Notes under the pieces: model-generated | The model's input: only the letters and a program-made list of their open reading frames with translations | The model's database searches: none | What the model was told of the DNA's origin: nothing | Made by a program: the position numbers and the translations under genes | From: Eledone cirrhosa | Taxonomy: Eukaryota | Length of the DNA: 64,000 bases | Reading direction: 5' to 3' | Assembly (NCBI GenBank): GCA_964016885.1 | Contig: OZ024742.1 | Span: 322,958,001-323,022,000, forward strand | Shown: positions 1 to 13,400 of the stretch, piece after piece | How the letters are laid out: the number at the start of each line of letters is the position of its first letter | Numbering within the stretch: position 1 is the stretch's first letter

Positions 1-919
1 TGATGTGTTGTTATTGTGCATCACATGGTAGCTATTTTAAGTGACCTCACTCGCTCTGAGGTGGGGCTTGCAGTGTCCAGTTAAGTTGGCACCAGTTTGC
101 TGTTAGCAGTTGTCATGGCAACACTTAAATCCAAATCATTTCTGGTCCAAAGCAAATCCAAATCATTTCTGGTCCAAAGCATTTTGGATAAAGGATTCTT
201 AACCTGTATTTCATTTGTGATCAAATGTATTTTACTGAGAGGAAAGAACAGAATTGTATTTCAAACTCTTGTCTTTGTTATCTTGAAGTACACAAATACA
301 GGCAGTTAGACTTGTAGAGAGGTGGTGCAACACTTGTGAGACATACAGCTAGACAGTAATTTTGGCTGATAATCTGTAAAATGACAATCACCATCCATAT
401 CGTCATCATCACTGTTTAATGTCTATTTTCCATGCATGCAGAAGTTAGACAGACAGCTGTCATGTTATGAGACTAGACAGGTCAGACGATCACGCCTTGT
501 TCATACCATCTACCTTGGGCTTGATTTTTTTTTATGGCTGGATATCCTTCCTAAGGCCAACCACCTTATAGTGTGAGCTGGGAACGTTTTTCATGGTACC
601 ACCTTACAGTGTGAGCGGGGAACTTTTTTCATGGTACCAGCTCTACTACTTTACAGGGTGGATTGGTTGTTTTTGTCATAACACTGCCTTATGGAAGAGA
701 ACTGAGTGCTGTAAATGAGATTTACGTCTCACACCTATACAATTTTAACAAGGTTGCTTTTCATAGGAGGTTTCTTGGGTGTTTTAATGATCCAGGCCTC
801 AGGCCTATCAAGAAAAGCAGCATGGTGGGAAGACAGACTGACAGTAACTTTAGTGGTGGAGAAAATGTCAATTTTTGTTATATATTCTTATCAAGTTGTG
901 TTCTATCTTTGTTTTGTAG

Positions 920-1047
920 ATACTGCCACTTTGGTGTTTAACAACAAGGCAAAAGCTCTGAGAGAAATGAAGAAATACAAAGATGCCAGGTTCAAATCTT
1001 TCCAGACATATCAGGAAGCTGATGAGTTTACTAAATTAAATTTATCT
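920..1047 (+). CDS. ANKLE2: ANKLE2 exon (Caulimovirus/RNase H1-N-like segment)
   Basis: tttgtag|A...TCT|gtgagt; encodes TATLVFNNKAKALREMKKYKDARFKSFQTYQEADEF. Confidence 0.85.
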
Positions 1048-4000
1048 GTGAGTAGTTTCTATTTCTTCGTTTTTTTTTCTTGTGGTCCTTTCTATACCAC
1101 AATGATGGAGGAGCCTCTATACCAGCGATTCCCAAACATTTTTTACTTATGGCACACTTTAAAACTAATAAAAATATTTTGGTACACTTTGTATCTAAAT
1201 TTGAAAATGTATTCAATAGATATATTTATACATATAAGCATAGCATAAAGTAGAAATGTAGATAATTTATCAATGAGAAACATATGCTTGGTGTGTCTGG
1301 GCAATGTTTCCTTTGATATAACTTAGTTTCCCCACTTTGACAGTTATATATGAACTTTATCACAAAAATTCAACTTGTATTTTTCACATTTTGAAATAAA
1401 ATTTTGCTCTTTCAGGGTGAATCAGTATGTCAAGGTGTATAATTTAGGAACCATTGTTCTACATTGTCACTCAACCTACTAGAAATAGTAGCCAAATCTG
1501 CATCAAATTTACTCCACTGCCTCAAAACAAAAGTTGTAGGGGAAGACATAATGGACAATGTAGTCCTAGATATACAATATAGATTGATTATAAATGGTGG
1601 TCAATACATCGATCTCCATTGTTCAATCGATCCTCTGAAACGATCGTAAAACAATGAATTAACTCTCTACCTACACCTGACTCTGTAACGCAGACTGATT
1701 TTCTTCGAGGATATCTTAGGCCGTGATCACCTACCACAAGAACTACTAGTCACACTGCTGATTCTCGTCGCAACTATCCTTCCTAGGATACTTTGAGTTC
1801 TAATGTTATTAGCTCCACCACAACCAGTGCTCATTCAGTTTAATGTTTGAGTTGTGTATCAGTTGCCCCTTTTCCCATGGAAATTAAAAATGAAAACTGA
1901 GCATAAAACTACTGGATTTCAAAGCCTCTATTCAAAATATATGGTAAATCTTGTATATAAATTAAAGGTGTGACTTATCTACTGGTGTGGCATACAAGTG
2001 AATATAGATCCCTTCCAATACCAAACTCCTTGAAACTAGCCTTGGTTCTACAATACAAAGTTGTTATTTTAAAGTGTTTATTATTATTATAGTAAAATAT
2101 ATGATCACATGTCAGTCACTTTGTGATTGTCTGGGAAGTGGTAATGTGAGCGTGTGTGTGCATTAATATCTTCCTGTCTATCTTTCTATCTACCTATCTA
2201 TCTATTTCCATTTAGCTAGCTGTCTACCTACCTTTCTATTTGTTTACCTACTTGCCTATTTATCTGTCTGTCTCTCTATCTATAGCCATCTATTTATGTT
2301 TATTTACCAATGTATCTATCTTCAGACAAGAACAAAGCATGAATCCCAATAGCAGTTCAAAAATAGATAGATAAAACAAAGTAATTTACTGGATATATGT
2401 TTGATGGAAGAAAATTATTGTAATTGATTTAAATGTAAAATGAAATATTGTGATGGTTGAAGTGACAAGAGGGAGAAGGTCAAGGAAAACTCAAGAATTC
2501 AAACATCTTTACATAGAACATTGTAATTGAGGAATTATCAAATTAGATTTTTTTTTTTTACTGTAAAGCCTGTCATTTTTGGGGTACTAAGCTAGTAAAT
2601 ACATAAAAACTTTCATCATAGTTTTATAAAAGAACTTTTATGTTATACTTCAAACACCAGCTTAATGAGAAAATTAGATTACTAAATCCCTTCAAATTCT
2701 TGATTATTTTCAAAATTGAATGAAAATTAAAGACTGTGTCCTTTTTTTATAGAAATATTAGACCCATGCCATCAATAATGACAATAGAAATGAACATATT
2801 TTGGAGGCCAAGATTGGTATGCCATATATACCAGGGTTACCAGGTATATAAACAATCATACAAACAAGGAAATTTGTTTTGATAAATTAATGGTTTGCAT
2901 AAGAGAAACCCTACACTTTATGTTGACTGTAGGGTTTCTCTTATGCAAACCATTAATGAAGAAAATCAGTCTATGTTACAGAGTCAGGTGTAGGTAGAGA
3001 GTTAGTTCATTGTTTTACACATGAAAGTGATTAAAGATAAAAATGAATTTGAATGATTTATTTCTACTTTGTAATTACATAAATATTCTGTATCATTACC
3101 ATCATCACCTTTTTGTATCTATTTTCCTACTTCCTTCTCTTCAGTTCACCATTGAGGACTTTTCAGCCATGAAGGCAACAGGGTTACTTGAAAAGGGAAA
3201 TTACAGGATACCACGTATGATAGAGCTGCTGAAAATGAAGGAACTCATTGAAACAGGTCAATTAAAAAATTTCAAACAGCTCATTACCTGCAACCCTTAC
3301 TACTTGGTCAGCAGTGGGGACACTCCCCCTCTTTTACACGTAAGTATCACCCCACTGTTACTTCAGCTCATTCATCTCTTTTGAATTAACCCTTTTTAAG
3401 CACATGGCCTAGTGGTTAGGATGTTGGACTCACAATCCTAATGTTGTGGATTCAATTCCTGGAGCCGGCGGCACAATGGGTTTTTAAGCATAAACGGCAT
3501 TTCATGTTGCTTTTCATGATAGGATTGGGTCCATATCAAGAAACTTCCTATGAGATGCAACCTCATAAGAAGCCAGCTAAACTTGTATAGGTGTGAGCAG
3601 TAAATTTAATTCAATTTTCATTTCAACTCTGGTTCTATGAAACAAATTTTTCTGTTCAAGTGTTTCTATTTCAATTAAAACCTTCCAGGATTATTTGATA
3701 TAAGAACCATATATATACTGTGTATACATAAACAGTGCAATATACTATATATTGAATCATCATCACCGTCTTATGTCCGTTCTTCCACGCTAGCATGAGT
3801 TAGGCGGGTTGTCTTGTTGTGGGCAGTAGCCGGTCGGCTGACCATGTCTTGCTCATACGGGAAGTGATTCTGGCTTGATTTCTACAGCTGGATGCCCTTC
3901 CTAACACCAACCTCATTTACAGTGAGTGCTGGATGCTTTTTTTTCCGTGGCGCCTACACATCCACTTTACAGTGTGGGCTGGGTGCTTTTTTTTTGCCGT

Positions 4001-7000
4001 GGCACCTCCACGACCACTTTGCAGTGGAGGGGGTGGGGACATATTGTCTATATGCTTCAGCTTCGGCTTGTACCCGTGGGGGTCGGGTCTTCTGTATTAC
4101 TGCATGATGCCAGAGATCACGGTCGGGTGTCATCATCTTTGAGAGGTGTAATTGGTTAAGGTCAGCTTTTATCACCTCGTCCCAGGTCTTCTTGGGTCTC
4201 CTCTCCTGCACACAGCATTTGATTCCTCTTATGCTCAATCTCTCTCTCAATTCGTTTATGCTTTGCCATTTTGTATATTACTATTACATATCCATCGGAG
4301 CATGCAGGCTTCGTTTTTTTCTAATCTACGCAAGTCTTCTGCAGACAGCGCCCAGTTACCATGTAACATTGCTGTTCGTATACATGCATCATACAGTCTG
4401 CCCTTCATTTTGAGGGAAAAGCCTTTTGCAGTTAGCAGTAGCTCCCTGAACTTCCATCCCGTTCTTACCCTAGTTATTGTACTCCGAATACCCACCTCCG
4501 CTGTTAATTCGGTCACCTAGGTAGCAGAAGCTGTCTACTGTTTCTACAGAGCCCTCCCACAGTTTGGTGGTGCTTGTTTCCTGTGGCTGTTTGCTGCTTG
4601 CTGTCCCAGCGCAGCTGCTACATGTGAAGCCTACATTCTTAGTTAAACTTCCTGAGATCCCACTACATCTCTTGTGTACCCATTGTTTGCATTTGGGGCA
4701 GAGGATGGAGTTCCTACCTACACCTTTCCTACATACTGAGCAGGGCCATTTCCCTGAGGGGATCTGGGTTTTGTTTTCTCGTCTACTTACAAGGACCTTA
4801 GTCTTTGTCAGGTTGACTTTGAGACCCCTTCTTTCTATTCCCTGCTTCCATGTTTGGAATTTCTTCTCTAGTTCTACCATAGATTCAGCTATAAGTGCGA
4901 GGTCATCTGCATACAGGAGTTCCCATGGGCATCCGGTCTTAAACTCCTCCGTTATTGCCTGCAAAACTATGATGAACAGGAGAGGGCTAAGAACAGAGCC
5001 TTGGTGGACACCAACCTGTATGCTAAATTCCTCGCTATAGTCATTGCTAATCCTAACTTTGCTGACTGCTCCCCTATACATGGCTTGTACAGCTTTCACA
5101 AGCCATTCATCTACTCCTAGTTTTCTAAGAGCCCACCAGATTATAGCAGGCGGAACTCTGTCAAAGGCTTTCTCGAGATCGACGAATGCCAGGTAGAGCG
5201 GTTTACTTTTAGCTAGGTACTTTTACTGCCTCGCAAGGAAGAAGGCATCAGTGGTGTCTTTTCCTGGCACAAATCCAAATTGCATCTCATCTAGTTTCAC
5301 CCGGTCCCTAATCAACTGTGCTGTAACTCTTTCTGTTATTTTCATGACCTGGTCCATCAGCTTTATACCTCTATAGTTTCCTCTATCTAGTGCATCACCT
5401 TTACCCTTGTAGCAGTTGACAATGATGCTGCTGCACCAATCCTTTGGTATGACACCTTCTAGTATTACCTGGTTAACAATACGTGTGGTTATGGTGTGAC
5501 CTACCGACCCAGATGCCTTCAGCATCTCAGCAGCTATACCCGATGGACCGGTTGCCTTCCCCGTCTTCATATCTTTGATTGCCTTACTTACTTACTTACT
5601 TACTATGCTGCTGCTGACTTGTACTGCTGGCCCCTCTATAGGGTCTCTTCTTCCCATGCATTCTCCTCATTTAGTAATCTTTCATAATGGCTCTTCCACG
5701 CATCTTTCTTCTCAGCACTTGTGAGGGCAAGCTTACCTTTAACATTCCGGACACACTTCTCTCCAATGACATCACAATTCTCTCTGACACACTGCCTCGC
5801 AATCTTGAACACCTCCTGTTTCTGGTCCTCACGTTGCAAGACATGCTTGAATTTTCTATCCTCCCATTACATTCCAGCTAAGTATACTTGTCGCTTAGCT
5901 TCCCTCCTGGTTTCTATGTAACGTACCCTGCTTCCCCCGTTCTTCCAGTCTTCCCATGCCTGTCTCTTAGCCTTAACTGCCTCATCTACCTTATTGTTCC
6001 ACCACCAGGTCACTCTCCTCCTGCCTGTGGTCTTACTCCAACCATAGATCTCATCCGTCGCCTTGCAATATATGCGTTCAAAAAGTATCCAACCTTTGGG
6101 CATAAAAAAAATAATTTTGTACATTTCACAAATTTTATTTAATCACCTTCAAAATACTCCCCTTATAAGTTCACATACTTCTCCCAGTGGTTCTGCTACT
6201 GCTGGTAATGCCTCTGGAATGCTATGGAGCTTCACCGTTGCTTTCCTTATAATTTCCTTGTGCAACTCGAATCGCTTCCCTTTTTAGCGTGGTTTTCAGA
6301 TTAGGAAAGAGCCAGAAATCACACGGTGCCAAGTCAGGAGAGTAGGGAACCTGTCAAAGTAGTAGTATGTTGTTCTTGACCAGGAAAGGTTGGGTTATGT
6401 GGTCAGAATGAGTGCGCGCATTGTTGTGGTGAAATTGCCAATTCTTCGCTGACCACATGCTTGGCCGATTTCAACGTTCAGCATCACAAAGGCAACGTAT
6501 AACCTTCAGGTATTATTCCTTATTGATTGTTTGACCTTGTGGTGCATATTCATGATGCACAATACCATGGGAGTCAAAGAAACAGGTCAGCATTACCTTT
6601 ACATTGCTGCAATACAGTCATGCTTTTTTGCGCCTTGTGATGACGGATACTTCCATTGGGAGGACAGGAACTTGGTTTCTCGGTCATAACACGTCTCATC
6701 AACAGTGAAGTCTGGGTCGTGTTTTGCGCAGTCCAGCATGTCCTGATAGATTTCTGTGCGGAGTTGCTTCTGCTACTCTGCCAACACCTTGGGGCCAATT
6801 TTGCCAACACTCTCCGCCTGCACAAATCCTCCATTAAAATAGTATGTACTGATTCTATGCTTATTCCTACTTTGTGAGTAATTTCTTGGATTGTTACATG
6901 ACTATTCGCCTAACCTCAATTGGATCCTCGTTTAAGCTTGTGGATGGCCTGCATGTCCAATTCTTTATTATTTTCAAAATCACTTGAAAATTATAAGCAG

Positions 7001-7387
7001 TGGTTGTCATTGAAAATATAGTAACAAAAGGATTAAAAAACACATTATTTCATGGAGCCCCTCAATTTTTTCACAGAACCCACTTTGGGAAACACTGATC
7101 TTGACAAATTCCACCAATTGTAATTTATGATGAAAAGAATTGCTGAAGCCTGCTTCTCTCCATTTCAGGTGGGTGCCCGTTACAACGCTTTTCATATCGC
7201 CGCCAAATTGAATAAACCTGAGGTGATAAAAATAATCTTTGACGTCATCCAGGAACCGACTTTCTTTTGCAGATTGTATGGCATCAGCGATGACATTGTA
7301 TGTGATAGGGCTGAACGTCTGATAGACTTCTACCTCAACACACCTGACAAAGGGGTTTGTATAGTCTCCTCTTACCTCTTTACACAC

Positions 7388-7431
<44 letters not shown>

Positions 7432-10400
7432 TACTTCTCAGAGACCCGGGTCACATTCCTCCCTTTGCAATCCCAGGTTTCCCCAATTCTTTCCCATTTC
7501 GAATTGTCATCTAATAATTTTTCACCTGAGCACCAACTATATTATCATGAGTAATCTTTTACAACTTCAATAATTATATAGTCCAGTGATTCTGAGAGAC
7601 CCAGGTCACACACCACACTTTACAATCCTAGGTTACCTCAGTTCCTTCCTATTTTGAATTATCATCTCATAAGCTATTACCCAAGCCTCAACTATATCAA
7701 CACGAGCAAGCCTTTCAAACTTCAATAATTGTATAATTTCAATGTTAAGTCTGAAGCAGCATTTTTTTTTTTTTGTAATGAATTGTTAATTTGTGATTTC
7801 CTTTATAGCTGAGTATATTGGTATTTCATTTGACATATACACAATATAAACTATACTTTCCGAGTGTGAATTCCTCCCCTGGGAGCCAAGTAACTCAAGT
7901 TTCAGAATGTGTATGCCAAGACTATGAGAGTTCTCTCCTTTGCCTGCTTCTCACCACCTAAATACCCAGAAAGGAAAATTTGGTCTTGAAATTGCAAGAA
8001 CAGTCTCTGTTAATTGAAATTGTTCCCAGTCGCAATAGTCAAACTGCGAGGCTTTATATGTGTGACTATATATATACATACATACATATATCATCATCAT
8101 CATCATCATCATCGTTTAACGTCCATGTTCCACGCTTGCATGGGTTTGGACGGGAGTTTTCCCACTCGATGCAAGAGTGGTTGTCTTGCTCGCATAGGAC
8201 TGTCTGGCGGGTTTTCTACAGTTGGATGCCCTTCCTAACACCAACCACATCTACAGTGTGGGGCTGGGAGGTTTTTACCGTGTTGCCTACACGGCCACAT
8301 TTACAGCGTGGACTGTGTGTTTTTTTTGTCGTGACACCTACACGATCTCATTTGTTTCGGCCTGGATTTTGTGGCACCAACATAGCTTTACATTGAAAGG
8401 GGCGGTGTGGATGGGGTAGGGGTGGTGGGACGGGGGTGTATTTTGTTAGAGATGCCTACTGACTGTAGTAGATTTTACTTTGTATTTAGGTAAGGCGGGT
8501 CTTCTCTATTACTGAGTACCGCCAAAGGTCTCGGTCCAGTGACATTGTCTTGGAGAGGTGTAAGTGTGTGAGGTCGGAATTTATCAGCTCGTCCCAGGTT
8601 TTTCTGGGTCTGCCTACTCCGTGGCTACCGTCTATCTTTATTGCCCTGCACTTTGCTATACAGCTGTCGTCTTTCATGCGCATCACGTGACCATACCAAC
8701 GTAGCCTTCTCTCGAGTAAACAACATCTGATCCCTCTGATTTCTAAATTTTTTTCCTTAGTTCGCGTATATTACTATTACACATCCAGCGGAGCATGCAA
8801 GCTTCGTTCCTCTCTAGTCTGCGTATATCCTCTGCACACAAAGCCCAGGTCTCACTGCCATGCAACATTGCTGTTCGTATGCAGGCATCATACAACCTGC
8901 CTTTCACTTTTAGGGAGAACCCTTTAGCGGCTAATAGTGGTATAAGCTCTCTGAACTTTTTCCAACCAGTTCTGACTCTAGCTACTGTACTTTCAGAGCA
9001 CCCTCCCCCACTGCTGATTTTGTCACCCAGGTAACGGAAGCTGTCCACTATTTCTATAGAACCCTCTGCGCAGTTGAAAGAGCTAGTATTTTGTGGGCAC
9101 TTGCTGCTACTTATTGCACCAGAGCACCGGCCACATGTAAAATCTGTGTTCTTAGTTAGCTTACCTGTGATCCCACTACATCTTTTATGCACCCATACTT
9201 TGCATTTGGGACATAAAATGGAGTTTCTACCTACGCCTTTCCTACACACTGAGCATGGCCAGTTCCCGGAAGGGACCGGCGCCTTATTTTCTTTCCTACA
9301 AACTAGAACTTTAGTCTTAGCCAGGTTAATTTTAAGGCCTTTTGATTCTAGGCCGTGCTTCCGTGTTTGGAATTTCTTCTCTAGCTCGGCCATTGATTCA
9401 GCTATGAGCGTTAGATCATCTGCATATAGGAGTTCCCATGGGCAGCCGGTCTTGAACTCCTCTGTTAAAGCCTGAAGGGCAATAATAAATAGTAGGGGGC
9501 TAAGGACGGAGCCCTGATGAACACCAACTTTTACGCTAAACTCTTCACTATATTCGTTGTTAATTCTAACCTTGCTCACTGTTTCTTTATACATGGCTTG
9601 TATTGCTCTCACAAGCCATTCGTCAACACCTAGTTTTCTAAGAGCCCACCAGATAATGGAACGGGGGAGTCTGTCGAAGGCTTTCTCCAAGTCGACAAAG
9701 GCTAAGTATAGGGGTTTAATTTTAGCTAGGTACTTCTCCTGTAGTTGTCGTACAATGAAAAGAGCGTCTGTGGTACTTTTGCCTGACACAAACCCGAACT
9801 GCATTTCATCTAGATCGATTCTCTCTCTGATTAGTTGCACTATTACTTTTTCCGTGACCTTCATGACCTGGACGATTAATTTAATGCCTCTATAGTTACT
9901 CCTATCTAGGGCGTCTCCTTTACCCTTGTAACAGTTAATGATGATGCTGCTACGCCAGTCCTTCGGAACAACCCCATTCTGTATGACTTGGTTGACTATC
10001 CGGGTGACCATGGTGTGTCCCACTGTACCAGAGGCTTTCAGCATCTCAGCAACTATTTCCGAAGGCCCGGCCGCCTTACCCGTCTTCATATCTTTGATTG
10101 CCTTACTTATTATACTACCTTCAACTAACACTGCTGGTCCCTCTATTGGATCGATCTGGGAGAGACTATCCTTCTCCCATTTATTCTCCTCATTTAGTAG
10201 CCTCTCGTAGTGACACTTCCAAGCGACCTTCTTATCAGGGTCAGTGATGGCGAGTACGCCATCATCATTTAGTACACACTTCTCCCCAATAATATCACGG
10301 TTTTCCTTGACACATTGCCTAGCAATCCTGAACACCTCACGTTTTTGGTCCTCGCGTTGTAGAACATGCTTGAACTTTCTTTCCTCTGCTTCCCTTCTTG

Positions 10401-13400
10401 CGAAGTACACTTGTCTCCTAGCTTCCCTCCTGGCCACTTGATAGTCTTCTCTACTTCCCCCATCCCGCCATACTTTCCAAGCCTGCTTTTTGGCCTTGAT
10501 CGACTCCTCCACCTTACTGTTCCACCACCATGTTACTCTCCTCCTGCCTATAGGCCTGCTCTGCCCACAGACTTCGTCTGCCGCCATCAGCAGGTTTGCT
10601 TTCAGGAATTCCCACTGTCCCTCTATATTGTCCGACTCTAAATGCTCTTCCTTACTGTCGAAAGCATCAAGTAATATGCTTTGAAATTTATTTTTGGCTG
10701 TGGGGTCCTTTAGCTTCCATATTTTTCTCCTGAGGATGGTCCTCTTCTGCTGTCGAGTACGTCTCGTCCTGACTATGAGGTCGCTAATTATCAGTCTATG
10801 TTGGGAGGTGCATTCTTCATGGGGGAGGGATTTAGTGTTTACAACAGTCACTCTGTCACGTCTTCTAGTAAGGATATAATCTACCTGGCTGGTATGTTCC
10901 CCTGATCTGTAGGTGATCAAGTGATTGTCTCGTTTTTTGAAGTTAGTGTTACAGATTGTTAGGTTATTTGCGTCACAGAATTCCAGGATTCTGGAGCCTT
11001 CCTCATTTCTAGTACCAAACCCATAGCCTCCATGGATTTCATTATAGCCGTCACAATGTTGTCCAACGTGACCATTTAGGTCGCCAGCAATAATTATATA
11101 GTCACTATCGGTTATTTGGAAGGTAGTGAGCATCAGTGTCTCATAGAAAGTGTCTTTTATAGCGCCAGGCAGTCCGGATTGGGGTGCGTACGCAGATATT
11201 ATCGTCACAGTAGTTCTATTTAGAACAAGTCTTATTTTAATTATTCTGTCGTTTACTCTATTTACGTCTATTATCTTATCCACCCATTTTTCTGCTAACA
11301 TGATTCCTACCCCACCCAGCCCGTTGTCATTTCCCACCCAGAAAAGCTTATAGCATCGTTTTTTACCCACAATGAATCTAGCAGACCCGCCCCTCCACCT
11401 GGTCTCTTGGATGCAGCAGACATCAACCTCCTTACGTTTGAGCGGCCTTTTAAGGTCCCTACATTCATGGTACCAACTCTGAAGTTTTGGATTGCATTTG
11501 GTGGGTGAGGTTGATGGGGTTGGGGTTATGTTGGCCATCCGCGGCCGCAACAAAGAGGGTGGGGCTTTGCCCTTTCGTCCGGCAGCATGAGGTGAATTTG
11601 TCGTTATCTTTTGCATTGTCTTCGGGTGTCCAGATTCTTCTGACTCTCCAGAAATTTCCTAGTTCATCCATCATATCGAAAAAGCAACCAGAAGTGCTAG
11701 CATAGGTCGTTTACTTGTGATTGGTCCAAATAATAGGGTGGAGAGTGGGGGCGGGAGAGAGGGGTATGGGGTAGTTTGCGAGGAGCAGAATTATTTTTAG
11801 AACAACGGTGAGACAGAACAGAATTATAGAAAGCCAATTTTGAATACGATTTTTTTGATTCTGGGGGATTGTAAGATATATAGATGAATGAACCGAATGT
11901 GGAGAGTTGAGAAGAAAATGAAATATTTACGTTACATTTCGTAGAAGAAAACTGAACAAGCGACCATCAATAATAGGAGACAAATTCTGGGTTTAGTCCC
12001 CTGTAACAAGGCTTATTTATATTGGGTTGGCAAGGAGTGAGGGGGAGTGTGAGAGCAGCGTATATGATAGTGAGGGTGAGAGGCGATTTCAGCAGGCCGA
12101 GAGAGATGCCAATCCCTAAATTTAACCTGGCATAATTTTTTTTCGGCCAAAATGGTTGCGGGAATATTATTTAGAATTATAGAAAGACAAACAATTATGA
12201 ACATGATTTTTTGATTTTGGGGGCTTGTAAGATATATAGATGCGAGGAGCAGAATTATTTTTAGATATATATGTTTTAACATTTCTTTCACTGCAGGCCT
12301 GTGAAACACCACTTCATTTTGCCTGCAAGGCTGGCTCCAAAGCTGTTATTGAAGTCCTTGTGAACCACCCGTTGACCAAATTAGATGCAGTAAATAAATT
12401 TAACAAAACTCCACTTGAGGTAAGTCTAATATTATTATGGTATCATTTTTATTCATATTTCTTTACAGTAAGTTGTGTGTGTGTGTGTGGTATGTGTGTA
12501 TATATGGAGTAACAGATTATGACCGAAAGAAGAGGAAACACAAAAGAGGACAGATAGTCATTGAGGAAGTCACAGAATGTGTGACAAAAGAACTAAGGAA
12601 TAACTAGTAATAAAGTGAAAATCATATAGTGTATGTATGTTTCTTTTTTTGGCAATACTGACAACATGACCATCCCCGAATATAACTATATATATATATA
12701 TATACATATATATATTACAGCCCACACTGTAAACGTGGTTGGTGTTAGGAAGAGCATCCAGCCCTAGAAAGACAACCAATCTTGCCTCAGTGGGACAATT
12801 CCCATCTAAACCCATGCTAGCGTGGAAGATAGGCGTTAAACGATGATGATGATGATATATCATCATCACTATTTAATGTCCATTTTTCCACATTAGCATG
12901 GGTTAGACAAATTGTCCCATTGTGAGACAAGCCAAATCAGATGACCATGTCTTGCTCATATATATATTATATATTTTATATATATATGTATAATATAGAC
13001 GGTAGCCACGGAATAGGCAGACCTAGAAAAACCTGGGATGAGCTGATAAACTCCGACCTCACACACTTACACCTCTCCAAGACAATGTCACTGGACCGAG
13101 ACCTTTGGCGGTACTCAGTAACAGAGAAGACCCGCCTTGCCAGTAGGCATCTCTAACAAAATACACCCCGTCCCGCCATCACCCCCACCCCATCCACACC
13201 ACCCCGTTCTATGTAAAGTTATGTTGGTGCCGCGCCATCCAGGCCGAAACAAATGAGATCGTGTAGGTGTCACGACAAAAAAACACACAGTCCACGCTGT
13301 AATGTGGCCGTGTAGGCAACACGGTAAAAACCTCCCAGACCCACACTGTAAATGTGGTTGGTGTTAGGAAGGGCATCCAACTGTAGAAAACCTGCCAGAC

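Noticed and set aside
715-1248. 177-aa single-exon membrane protein
   Set aside because: Only 920-1047 is ANKLE2 coding sequence; the rest is intron read-through.
3400-3510. tRNA-like sequence (also near 26880 and 30325)
   Set aside because: SINE heads with A/B boxes; no complete cloverleaf, and they run on into SINE body.
8743-11616. 957-aa ORF as an intact active LINE
   Set aside because: Deletion with frame change at the APE N-terminus and a frameshift before the C-terminal RLRWYGH region.
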